The notes beneath the pieces are model-generated. The model ran no database searches, was not told the origin of the DNA, and worked only from the letters and a program-made list of their open reading frames with translations. The position numbers and the translations under genes are program-made. This document shows positions 23,111 through 33,330 of a stretch of DNA of 39,430 nt, in pieces (the first letter of the stretch is position 1; every line of letters starts with the position of its first letter). Source of the DNA: Octopus bimaculoides. Taxonomy: Eukaryota. The stretch covers positions 55,406,587-55,446,016 of the forward strand of contig NC_068986.1 in assembly GCF_001194135.2 (NCBI RefSeq), written 5' to 3'.

Positions 23111-23314
23111 GGATTCAAATTCTGGTACAAGGCCAGCAATTTCAAGGGAGGAGATAAGTCCATTACATAGACCCCAGTACTTAACTGGTACTTATTTTTC
23201 GACATCGAGGCAAAGTCAACTTCGGCGGAATTTGAACTCAGAACGCAAAAACGGACGAAATGCCGCTAAGCATTTTGTCAGGCCTCGTAACGATTCTGCC
23301 AGCTCGTTGCCTTC
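23111..23314 (-). mobile_element. SINE family 2, full length, with 15-bp target-site duplication
   Basis: CTAGAAATTAATATT occurs at 23096-23110 and 23315-23329. The body is the reverse complement of the family. Confidence 0.9.
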
Positions 23315-23340
23315 CTAGAAATTAATATTAACTTCTTCCT

Positions 23341-23555
23341 CGAGCGACGAGCTGGCAGAATCGTTAGCACGCCGAGAAAATAACTAAGCAGCATCTCATC
23401 CGTCTTTACGTTCTGAGTTCAAGTTCCACCGAGGTCGACTTTGACTTTTAGCCTTCCGCGGTCGATGAAATAAATGCCAGATGGAAACTGGGTCGATGTA
23501 ATCGACTTAACCCCTCTCCCGAAATTGCTGACCTTGTACCAAAAATTGAAATTAA
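23341..23555 (+). mobile_element. SINE family 2, full length
   Basis: GCGACGAGCTGGCAGAATCGTTAGCACGCC...GTTCTGAGTTCAAGTTCCACCGAGGTCGACTTTG...GGTCGATGTAATCGACTTAACCCC. Confidence 0.88.
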
Positions 23556-23601
23556 TATTTGTTCTGAGTTCAACTTTGCCATTCACCAGGGTTAGTCTGG
23601 A

Positions 23602-23820
23602 CACAAACGCAGTCGTACAGGAGAGAAGCCATATCTCCTGTATCTGTGATTAATTATTCTCTGAAGGACGTCGCTCAACTACACACAAACACATTCAAAC
23701 AGGAGAAAAAGCAAGCCACTACGATGTCTGTGGTAAATAATTCTCTCAATAAAAGTCGCTTAAGTACACATGAGTATATTTATGCGAAAGAGTAATCGCT
23801 TCAATGTTGAAAGTTATTCT
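23602..23820 (+). pseudogene. Decayed C2H2 zinc-finger array fragment (2-3 fingers)
   Basis: Translation with one frameshift and several stops: HKRSRTGEKPY/..CICD*LFSEGRRSTTHKHIQTGEKASHYDVCGK*FSQ*. Two TGEK linkers are spaced one finger apart, with C..CGK.FS and H...H remnants. Confidence 0.75.
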
Positions 23821-25004
23821 ATGATAAAAAAAAAATACCTAATAAAACCATAAATGAATTTACACATAAAATAAGACATAAAAGGTGTAAAAATATTTCC
23901 CGACACAATCTTTAATAAAATCACAACTTGTGTCTCTATATTCTATTTTAAAAATATAAATAAGCCACAGTGCTTAATCGGTACTTTGTTATCGACCCGT
24001 GAAGACTGAAAGGTCAAAATAACTTCAGATGGTTTTGAATTCGGAACGTGAAGAGCCTAAGTAACTGCAAAATATTTTGTCTAACGCTTTAAAGATTCCA
24101 CGATGAAAAGTATTAATAATGTCCCGAGATTTGTGTTCTTAACCTATAAATCTGTGACTTTGTTCCGAACTTAGAAATCAGCCTTTAGATATGTTAGTGG
24201 CCGAATAAGAAGATAGATAAAATCTCTTGCAAGTAATTATGCTTCGAATCTATATGGTATTAGATTCGTTCTCATTGCATAACACATTGGGTACGTGTCT
24301 TTTAGCATAGCTCTAGCTACACGACAGCCTACTGAGTGAAATTTTGGCAGACGCAAACTGTAAAATCTAACAGTGGGAATGACAGTTCTTGTTCTTGTGA
24401 AGAAGACTTCATTCGTTGGCTTATTTAACTGAACTTCTATCTGGTCCTCGGATACCGTTTAAGAGAGTCCACTCTGCTGTAAACATTCGAGCCAGTTTTC
24501 TAACCTGTGAATAACTTCCTCAATTCCTCCCATCATTCCTAGATGGAATAAAACGATTGGGAGCGTCTTTTAGCATGCTGGTAATTTGGCACGGCTGACT
24601 GGACATTGAACCTGTTTTGGTGACAGTACATTTCGGCTCTGAAGGCAAACATGTGTGCGCACGCAGAAATACACATGCAGATATAGAGAGCGTGAGAGAG
24701 GGGAGAAAGAGGCATTATAATGTATAAGCTGCACACGATTGGCATGAACACTTATCTTCTCTTCATACACAAATAGAAATATGCTCATACACATAAACCG
24801 AGTGAGGGAGGAGCGAACAAAATGAACCTTAAATCTTTAACGTAAAATAAATCAGCATCGAATCAGCGATGCCAAATAGGCGATGCAAAAATAAGCGATG
24901 CCAAATCAGCTGTGCCAAAATGTCTTCTACCCATTTCCGAAGGCTTTAGCAATGGTCATGGACTCTGCTGTTTCTTCTCTATCTGAGCTATCTTTTATCT
25001 TTAC

Positions 25005-25168
25005 TTGTGTCGGTCATTAGACTGCGATCATGCTGGGACACCACTTTGAAGGGTTTAGTCGAGCAAATCGCCCCAATACTTTTTTCGTCTGGTACTTATT
25101 CTATCGGTTCTTTTGCCGAACCGCTAAGTTATGAGGACGTAAACAAACCAATACAGGTTGACAAGCGG
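25005..25168 (-). mobile_element. SINE family 1, 3' half
   Basis: CATGCTGGGACACCACTTTGAAGGGTTTAGTCGAGCAAATCG...TTTTGCCGAACCGCTAAGTTA is the reverse complement of about 16955-17060. Confidence 0.8.
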
Positions 25169-25414
25169 TGGCCATATGGACCCCTGAACCGGGGTCTATA
25201 TGGCCCTTAGGGGCCCATGAAATATTTTGATGTTAAAATTTATCAGCAATAAATTGGTTGTCCTTCTACTAAACACAAAATATTTTTATACAATTCCTAA
25301 CAATAATTAACTATAAGAATATAATGGGATTTTTTTGAACATCGAAAAGTTTAGATAGTCCTTGTTTTTAATCCTGCTGGTTGTCCAGCCACCCTCCCCA
25401 CAAGAACTGCAATC

Positions 25415-25762
25415 AGAACGTAAGGACGGACGGAATGCGGCTAAGCCCGGCGTGCTAACAATTCTGCCAGCTCGCTGCTTTATTTAATAATGATAATAAT
25501 GGTTTCAAACTTTGCCACAAGGGCAGCAAATTGGGAGGGGGTGAGTCGATTACATCGACCCCTTGATCACTGGGGTCGATTACATTAGCTCTCTGCCTTA
25601 TGTAATAATGATAATAATGATCCTTTCTACTGAAAGCACAAGGCCTGTAATTTTGGGAGAAGGGACTAGTCAATTATATCTACCCCAGTATTTCACTGGT
25701 ACTTAATTTATCAACCCCGAAAGGATGAAAAACTAAGTCGACCTCGGCGAAATCTGGACTCA
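25415..25762 (-). mobile_element. Cluster of SINE family 2 fragments separated by (AAT)-rich spacers
   Basis: A head fragment at 25415-25480, a tail fragment at about 25495-25565 and a tail+body at about 25620-25762, each adjacent to TAATAATGATAATAAT. Confidence 0.75.
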
Positions 25763-25884
25763 AGTTTAAGTTTCTGCGAGATAAGGTGGGTTAAAATTTA
25801 ATCTATAAAAATATTTTTCATTTTCAAAATATTTAATTAGGATTTTGTTTTATATCATTTTATTTTTTTTATATAATTTTACTC

Positions 25885-26255
25885 GTTTGTCCCTAGACTA
25901 CGGCCATGATAGGGCACTGCCTGGAATGATTTTAGACGAACAGATCGATTCCAGTACTTTTTTTCTTTATGTCGGGCACTTATTCTATCGGTTTCTTTGA
26001 CTAACCACTAAGTTACAGGGCGTAAACAAACCAACGTTGTTTGTCAAGCGCTGGTGTGAGGGGTGCAGACACAAACACAAAATACACATATGTGCACACT
26101 CGACAGATTTCCACAGTTTCCATCTACGAAATTAACTAAAATAATATTATTGACCCGGGATTATAGTAAAAGACACGTTCTTAAAATATAGCACGGTGGG
26201 ACTGAACCTGAAGCCATATATCAGCTAAGTAAGCTTTCTAACCGTACAGCCTATA
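25885..26255 (-). mobile_element. SINE family 1, diverged full-length copy
   Basis: GGCCATGATAGGGCAC...CTATCGGTTTCTTTGACTAACCACTAAGTTAC...CAGTTTCCATCTAC...GGTGGGACTGAACCTG. Confidence 0.75.
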
Positions 26256-26354
26256 GAGGCAAATTCCTCCAAATGGGAGGCGAAACCGGGACCTTGCAGT
26301 TGCATGGCAAACTTCATAATCAAACAATATTTGTTTCATTTAATGTAATATTAG

Positions 26355-26555
26355 TTACAAATTTTGGCACAAGGCCAAAAATTTCGGGGCAGGTTAAGTC
26401 GATTGCATTGACCCAGTGCTCAACTGGTACTTATTTTATCGACCCCAAAAGGATGAAAGGTATTGTCGACCTCGGTGGAATTTGAACTCAAAGCGTGAAG
26501 ATGGACGAAATGCATTTTTGCCTGGCATGCTAACAATTCTGTTCGCTCGCCGCCT
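26355..26555 (-). mobile_element. SINE family 2 copy
   Basis: TTTGGCACAAGGCC...GTCGACCTCGGTGGAATTTGAACTCA...GCTAACAATTCTGTTCGCTCGCCGCC. Confidence 0.85.
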
Positions 26556-27599
26556 TCATTTAGTGTAATATTAAGGTTATTGTGGTAAGGGTTGTCTGAA
26601 AATATAGTTATAGTTTCTGAGATTTTCGGGAAACCGCCAAAAATAAGTTTCGAGACCGCTGCTTTATGGAGCCTAAAAGTTAATAAGTAAAAAGGAAAAA
26701 AAAAATGGCTATCCGTCGGGTTCGACAAAGAGTGTTCCGTTGTTCGATACTCTGAGTTAACGTGTAAATGGCTGAATATTCCTCAGAAATGTGGGCAAGG
26801 TTCTCATAAAGCAATCATGGGCTATCTGTGGATCCTGAAACTTTTTGAATGGCACGTCTTACGAAAAAGTATTTTCAATGTTTTTTTAATAGCGCAGCTT
26901 ACCCGATGACAAGCCATATCTCACGCGGGCCGATTCTCGAAAACGATTGCTTATGCTTGCCATAAAGTTTCCCTCGGTCCAAATTCACTCACAAACCTTA
27001 GGTCGATCTGAGGCTACAGACAAATACAGTGGAATTGAACCGGGGTTGCATGATTGCGGCGTAAACTACTTAACTACTGAGCCACATACATGTAAACACA
27101 CTCATATAGCTACACACACACACACACACACACNNNNNNNNNNNNNNNNNNNNNNNNNNNNNNNNNNNNNNNNNNNNNNNNNNNNNNNNNNNNNNNNNNN
27201 NNNNNNNNNNNNNNNNNNNNNNNNNNNNNNNNNNNNNNNNNNNNNNNNNNNNNNNNNNNNNNNNNNNNNNNNNNNNNNNNNNNNNNNNNNNNNNNNNNNN
27301 NNNNNNNNNNNNNNNNNNNNNNNNNNNNNNNNNNNNNNNNNNNNNNNNNNNNNNNNNNNNNNNNNNNNNNNNNNNNNNNNNNNNNNNNNNNNNNNNNNNN
27401 NNNNNNNNNNNNNNNNNNNNNNNNNNNNNNNNNNNNNNNNNNNNNNNNNNNNNNNNNNNNNNNNNNNNNNNNNNNNNNNNNNNNNNNNNNNNNNNNNNNN
27501 NNNNNNNNNNNNNNNNNNNNNNNNNNNNNNNNNNNNNNNNNNNNNNNNNNNNNNNNNNNNNNNNNNNNNNNNNNNNNNNNNNNNNNNNNAATAACAATA

Positions 27600-27825
27600 A
27601 AATCATCATCATCATCAATCTTATCCTTTTATCATCGTCATCATCATCATGAACATCACCGCTATCCTCATCGTCATCGTCATCCTCCTCCTCCTCCTCC
27701 TCCTCCTCCTCATCATCATCATCATCATCATCAATATCATCCTTGTCTTTTTCATCATCATTATCATCTTTTGCTTCATCACCGTCGTCATCGTCATCAT
27801 CATCATCCCTGATCATCATCCTTTC
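27600..27825. repeat. (ATC)n/(CTC)n trinucleotide low-complexity tract
   Basis: Directly visible. It produces the poly-Asp/Glu/Met/Ile ORFs. Confidence 0.9.
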
Positions 27826-28179
27826 CCATGCTGATTAATCACACAATCAATAAAACATCTCTTATACTATTTCGTTTCCCTATTTCCCATCTCACTTCTA
27901 TCTACAATTTTTTTCTCTCCTTTATCTTCCTTTACTTCTTCCCGCTCTTTTTCTCTCTCACTTTCTCCTCCTCCTCCCCTTCCTCGTCCTCTCACTCCTC
28001 CTCCTCATGCTCTCTTTCATTAGCACTCACTATCACTCAACTCTTTTCATTTTCCGCTCATACTCGCTCTTTCCCTTTGCCTCTCATTTCGTTGCCAGCA
28101 CGCTTCTTACTCTCCTGTCTCTTCCTTCATCTCCCAGAAGCCCATTTCAGCATCCATCAAGGTTGGAAAGCCGAGATAT

Positions 28180-28231
<52 letters not shown>

Positions 28232-28330
28232 CAGCTAGAGAATTCAGAAGATGAAAGAGAGAAGGGGAGAGATAGCATAATAAAGTGAGAGAGAAAAAGA
28301 GAGAGAGAGAGAGATAACAAAATAGAGCGT

Positions 28331-28361
<31 letters not shown>

Positions 28362-28401
28362 CGAAACAGAACGTGAGTGGGAGAGATGGTAAATAAGTGA
28401 A

Positions 28402-28456
<55 letters not shown>

Positions 28457-28630
28457 GAGAGGGAGGGAGAGAAACAGACAGAAAGAAGAAAGAGAGATCA
28501 TGATGGCGAATGCTAGTTGCTAACTGCTAGTTGCAGCCGTGCCGATATTTCTACCGAAGCGACATCTGTCCCTTAACGTAAAATACCACTCACATGCATC
28601 AACACAGGTCGATGCACTCACCTATTTTTA

Positions 28631-28668
<38 letters not shown>

Positions 28669-28784
28669 ATACATGCATGATGCATGTCTATTGCACATTA
28701 ATCATCTTTTGTTTATACTTATTACAATCTCTGCAGTAGATGCACTTCTGTCGTTTGGATCGATATTGTTATCACACACATTTT

Positions 28785-28820
<36 letters not shown>

Positions 28821-29423
28821 ACGTGTATACACTAGCAAGAAATTCATAGAACGTACGCGAGTGCTCGCGATCGCGCATACGCACATGCATAATAAACACA
28901 TAACTATTATTTCACACTCTCTTTATCTCTCATATTTTCTACATATACATACACGGAGAAACGCACACATGCACACACACACATACACACAGACACACAC
29001 ATACACACAGACACACACACACATGCTCATATACGCAATTATTAAGTAAACTTGCAAGCACAAACACACACAAGAGTTCACTTACTGCGTATTTACACAC
29101 AGACGCACACGTATACACACGTGCACACGTACATGCACGCACACGTACACACACGAGCGCGCGCTTCAACTATTCTACACGACGCACACACGTTTTCCTT
29201 GAATAGTTGCGCTTATCGCGCGCGCACACGTACACACACACACACACTTATACACACACACACACACACACACACATACATACATACATACATACATACA
29301 TACATACACGTGCGCGCGCGCGCACGCACACGCACGCACACACCTCCCAATTAACATGCAGGCTGAAACGAATTTTCATGAACACACTCACGAAGATACT
29401 GACTCATACATACTTCCTAATAA

Positions 29424-29448
29424 GCAACAACAACAACAACTGCTGCTG

Positions 29449-29495
<47 letters not shown>

Positions 29496-29654
29496 GCCAC
29501 CACCACCACCACCAATGCCGTCGCTGTCTCTCCGTCATTATTACAAACACTGGAGCCGCCTCCACAGGACCTAATACTATTTCATCATCACCACTTCTAT
29601 TCTACCACATCCAATATGGCTTGTGCCATCACTCGGCTATCACCACCAGCATCA

Positions 29655-29688
<34 letters not shown>

Positions 29689-29719
29689 GATGCTGCTGCT
29701 GCTGCTGCTGCTACTACCA

Positions 29720-29777
<58 letters not shown>

Positions 29778-29800
29778 CACTACTATTTCTACTACTACTG
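29424..29800. repeat. Mosaic trinucleotide tract (CAA/CTG/CTA/CAC)n
   Basis: Directly visible. It produces poly-Q/L/T/Y/S ORFs in several frames. Confidence 0.92.
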
Positions 29801-30270
29801 CTGTTCAGCTGTCTATCCAAATCTTGACACTACTCGATACCCCTGCCATTCCAACCACCGTTACCATCATCGCCAGAATCATTATCACACTATCTCAAGG
29901 ACAGGACAGTCACAACCGGCATCGAAACCACTATCCCAACCACTACCTCACCTACACTACAACCACCACCTGCACTATAACCACCACCAACATTTACATC
30001 CACCACCACCACCAGAACTACAGCCTCAATTTCTGCCACCAACTTCACATCCACCACAAGAAGAAAGTCTCTAGGTGGTTGCTCGATCTGCTAGAAATAG
30101 CAACAAAGTTCTCTAAAATCATATACTACTATCTTGAGGAATGAAAAGAAATATTTGATAACATAATCCTACACAAAGCCTACGGTGAAACAACGATAAC
30201 AGTAATTTCCATCACAAGATTGGTACCATCGAAAATACCCTCCTTTCAAAAATGCGTGGCTTGAGCCTAT

Positions 30271-30320
<50 letters not shown>

Positions 30321-30570
30321 TATGAGAGAGCAGCGCATGCCAGCAAAGTGACACTGGGGTACAAATATACGAAGCCCAATATACCCACCATAAATACCCG
30401 ATATATCGTCAGCCACTATTAAGGTCAAACAACTGACAAACAAATTTGTGGTATTGAGCAGAATATTTGCTCTAGCCCATATTCTACACAAAAACAAAAG
30501 ATGTACACGATAATACCTCCAATCAGTTAAGATCAGAAGCTATGAGAGCCAGTGCCTGGTATTGCATCCG
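30321..30570 (-). mobile_element. Internally deleted copy of the dispersed element seen at 8146-8930
   Basis: GCATGCCAGCAAAGTGACACTGGGGTACAAATATACGAA matches 8465-8497. ATCAGTTAAGATCAGAAGCTATGAGAGCCA is the reverse complement of 8146-8178. Confidence 0.75.
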
Positions 30571-30589
30571 AACATTATTATTATTGTTC

Positions 30590-30830
30590 TTTTAACTGAA
30601 GTTTTGTTGAAATTCCTGAAGTCTTGCTGCCTGCAGCCTACGGTATCATGCTATCTGTTCTTTTCAACTATCTAATACTTTCCTTATTATTCTGGCCGTG
30701 CCAATGAGGCAAACCTTTTATAAGTTTTACTAGGCAAGATTTTTTTTATATTCCTCTTGATTCCTTCTGATACTGTCCCCAACGACCCAACAATAATTGG
30801 TACTATCTCCACCTTCTTCATTTGGCTATT
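30590..30830 (-). pseudogene. R4/Dong-type (RLE) non-LTR retrotransposon C-terminus plus short 3'UTR
   Basis: Minus-strand translation QMKKVEIVPIIVG/SLGTVS.../VCLIGTARIIRKVLDS* matches the typical RLE-LINE end (VPIIIGALG.V...ALLGTA.I.RKVL). It is followed by AATAATAATAAT. Confidence 0.75.
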
Positions 30831-30834
30831 TTGT

Positions 30835-32297
30835 ACTTAAGAGGACTGTATAAAAAATTAACGCGGAAAAGTCAGTGGGCCTGCAACTCGGCACTTAAAG
30901 AGGCAAATCCATGCCGTCCAACAGCGCCGTGGGACGCTGGACAGACGGTCCGGTTAAGTTGCTCAGAGTCTGGTTTTGTCCAGACCTCCAGGTGGAGAAA
31001 AACTGGGACCAGGTGACGAGCAGGGTAGCCAATCTCACCCAGAAATGGGCCGAGAGGAAGCTGTCTCTGAATGGTCAAGCGGAGATGGCGAATGCGTGCA
31101 TCGTACCCGTCATCTATTACCGCTTGACCGTCGTCCCTTGCCCCTTTTGCTGGTTGATTAAGCTGGTGTGTTCACTCTTCCGCTTTCTGTGGAAGGGGCG
31201 CGTTCCACTAGTCANNNNNNNNNNTGCGGTGAGGTTGCGGTATCTCCAGCCTTTCCTTGACGGTGAGCAGGTGTGGTCACTGTTTGTCAGGCACTCTTTT
31301 CCACAGCTCGTCTCTTTGACTGAGCTGTAAACCTGGATTCGGCGTAGACTGAGGAGGGGCGCTTGGCACCACGAGTGCCGTCAAGCGCTCACAGCCCTCC
31401 ACCAGGCGGGCAATGCGGTCGGTGGTAGTTCCACTCTAACGTTCTATAAGAGGGCTAGTGGAGGGAAAGTGCGACGACTTTCTTAGGGAATCTCTGGGCG
31501 TCGAGGAAGATCAACTAACCGATCTGTTTCGGAGAAATTTAGTGCCTGGGCCTATGGATAACTTCCAGAAATTCCTTGCCTGGCAATGCTACCGAGGGGC
31601 GCTGCCTGTTTGAAATAAACTTTACAGACACGGAAGTGCTGTCAGCCGGGCCTGCCCAAGGTGCGCCCAGAACGATGAAAACGTTCTGCACGCCTTAGTC
31701 CAGTGTCCCAGTATTGCTGACCTGTGGGTTAATGTCGAACACCTGCTGTCGTGTGTAGGACGGATCCGGCTATGAGCTGAATCCATTGTAAAGATGCCCC
31801 ACCACCCTCTTTTGGCCGGCAATTTTATTTGTCTAGTGGCTGTAGCGAAAGAGGTAGTATGGTGGACCCGTTTGAAAGAGCTAAAGACAGACACTTTCAT
31901 CTTTGGCCAAGCCCTCATCAACTTTTTCAAGTTTCACTTGAAAGAGAAGTTGAAGGTGGAGAGGGAAGTTTTGCTTTGTAGCAAGTTTGTTGAAAAGTGG
32001 GTGAATGTTGGAAGAATGGCCAGTGTGAAAGGACCAATTGTGAGCGTGCACCTGTGAGAAATAAAAGAAAGGCTCTTGCCCTGTTGATCAGGCACCCGTG
32101 GCTTTCGTGGGTTTTTTCCCCGAAGACCTTAAAGCGCCTCCCTACTGAGAGTTTTAATTTGTTTAATTTGTTATTGTTATATATATATTATTTACATGCT
32201 GTAAAACCCATTGTATCGTCCTGTTTTTGTCTTTTAAGTTGTTGCATGTCATTTAATGTTGTTTTATGTAAACCCTCGTGGCTAATAAAAAAATTAA

Positions 32298-32366
<69 letters not shown>
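30835..32366 (+). mobile_element. 5'-truncated Tx1/L1-clade LINE: RT C-terminal half, zinc knuckle, 3'UTR and (TTA)n tail
   Basis: KINAEKSVGLQLG; WTDGPVKLLRVWF; RKLSLNGQAEMAN...LFRFLWKG; ACPRCAQNDENVLHALVQCP (CCHC); the ORF stops at 32057. The 3'UTR contains AATAAA and is followed by (TTA)n at about 32302-32366. Several stops and frameshifts are present. Confidence 0.9.
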
Positions 32367-32370
32367 TCCT

Positions 32371-32585
32371 AGGGCGACGAGCTGGCAGAATCATTAGTAT
32401 GCCGGCGAGCTGGCAGAAACGTTAGCACGCCGGAAGAAATGCTTAGCGGTATTTCGTCNNNNNNNNNNNNNNNNNNNNNACGTTCTGTGTTCAAATTCCG
32501 CCGAGGTCGACTTTGCCTTTCATCCTTTCTGGGTCGATAAATTAAGTACCAATTACGCACTGGGGTCGATGTAATCGACTTAAAC
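32371..32585 (+). mobile_element. SINE family 2 with tandem-duplicated head
   Basis: GGCGACGAGCTGGCAGAATCATTAGTATGCC is followed by GGCGAGCTGGCAGAAACGTTAGCACGCC, then the B-box GTTCAAATTCC and the family body. Confidence 0.88.
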
Positions 32586-32747
32586 GCTTTGTCGCATACG
32601 TGTATATACACACAACTGCGTGTCTGGTGTGTTGAATATAAATATAAAAACTGTTGAAAGTAGGAATGAGGTAGTTAAATTTAAAATACTAAAAGCATTA
32701 TTTTATGTAATCTAAATTTGAATATGAGTAATCTTTATATGGAAGAA

Positions 32748-32870
32748 AGGCAAAACTGACTTCGGCGGAATTTATAGCAGAACTTAGCGACGGGCGAAAT
32801 ATCTTTTAGAGATATTTCGCCCGTCGCTAAGTTCTGCGGAGCTCATTTTGCTCAGCTCGCTAAAGGTTCT
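32748..32870 (-). mobile_element. SINE family 2 fragment containing a perfect 28-bp-arm palindrome
   Basis: The flanks AAGGCAAAACTGACTTCGGCGGAATTT and CAGCTCGC match the family. The centre is GCAGAACTTAGCGACGGGCGAAATATCT-TTTAG-AGATATTTCGCCCGTCGCTAAGTTCTGC. Confidence 0.75.
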
Positions 32871-32912
32871 GCCACGCTGTGTTATAATGATGCAATAAGA
32901 AATAGTGAATCC

Positions 32913-33330
32913 TTGGAGAAGACCCAGTCTAGTCAAAGCATAACTAACAATAATAGAGCACGTAGGACTAGAAGTAGGAAAGTTTTGTGGTTTAATCCGA
33001 CATTTAACATCGCCATAAGAACTAATATAGGTAGGGAATTCTTAAAATTAATTTCTTGGCACTTTAAAGCAAACTATAAGTACCATAGAATTTTTAATGG
33101 GAGAACGCTGAAGGTTAGCTATTCGTGTTACAAGAACTTTGCCTCTTTAATTAACCAGCACAACATGAAAAGTATTAGGAATAACCACAGTGCCGTAAAT
33201 AATCAAAAGAATTGTAATTGTAAAGACCAAAGTTGCTGTCCATTGAGAGGAAATTGTCTGGAGAAAGGAATAGTATATGTAACTAAAGTGTAAATAGATG
33301 GCTCACAAACATACAAGACATATCACCACT
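32913..33330 (+). pseudogene. Penelope-like element (Neptune-type) RT-EN linker and start of the GIY-YIG endonuclease
   Basis: RKVLWFNPTF...TNIGREFLKLI..HF....KYHRIFN..TLKVSYSC, then the Cys linker CNCKDQSCCPLRGNCL and KGIVY...KTY (GIY-YIG remnant). A stop lies at 33291-33293. Confidence 0.88.

Noticed and set aside
25170-25205. 15-bp hairpin GGCCATATGGACCCC/GGGGTCTATATGGCC
   Set aside because: It is probably a subterminal palindrome of a decayed DNA transposon. No terminus or TSD was found to support a call.
27070-27834. Acidic poly-D/E protein-like ORF
   Set aside because: It is an (ATC)/(CTC) microsatellite next to a gap, open in several frames on both strands.
29207-30144. Mucin-like poly-Thr, poly-Gln and poly-Ser ORFs
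   Set aside because: It is a trinucleotide mosaic that is open in all three plus frames, with no splice or domain support.
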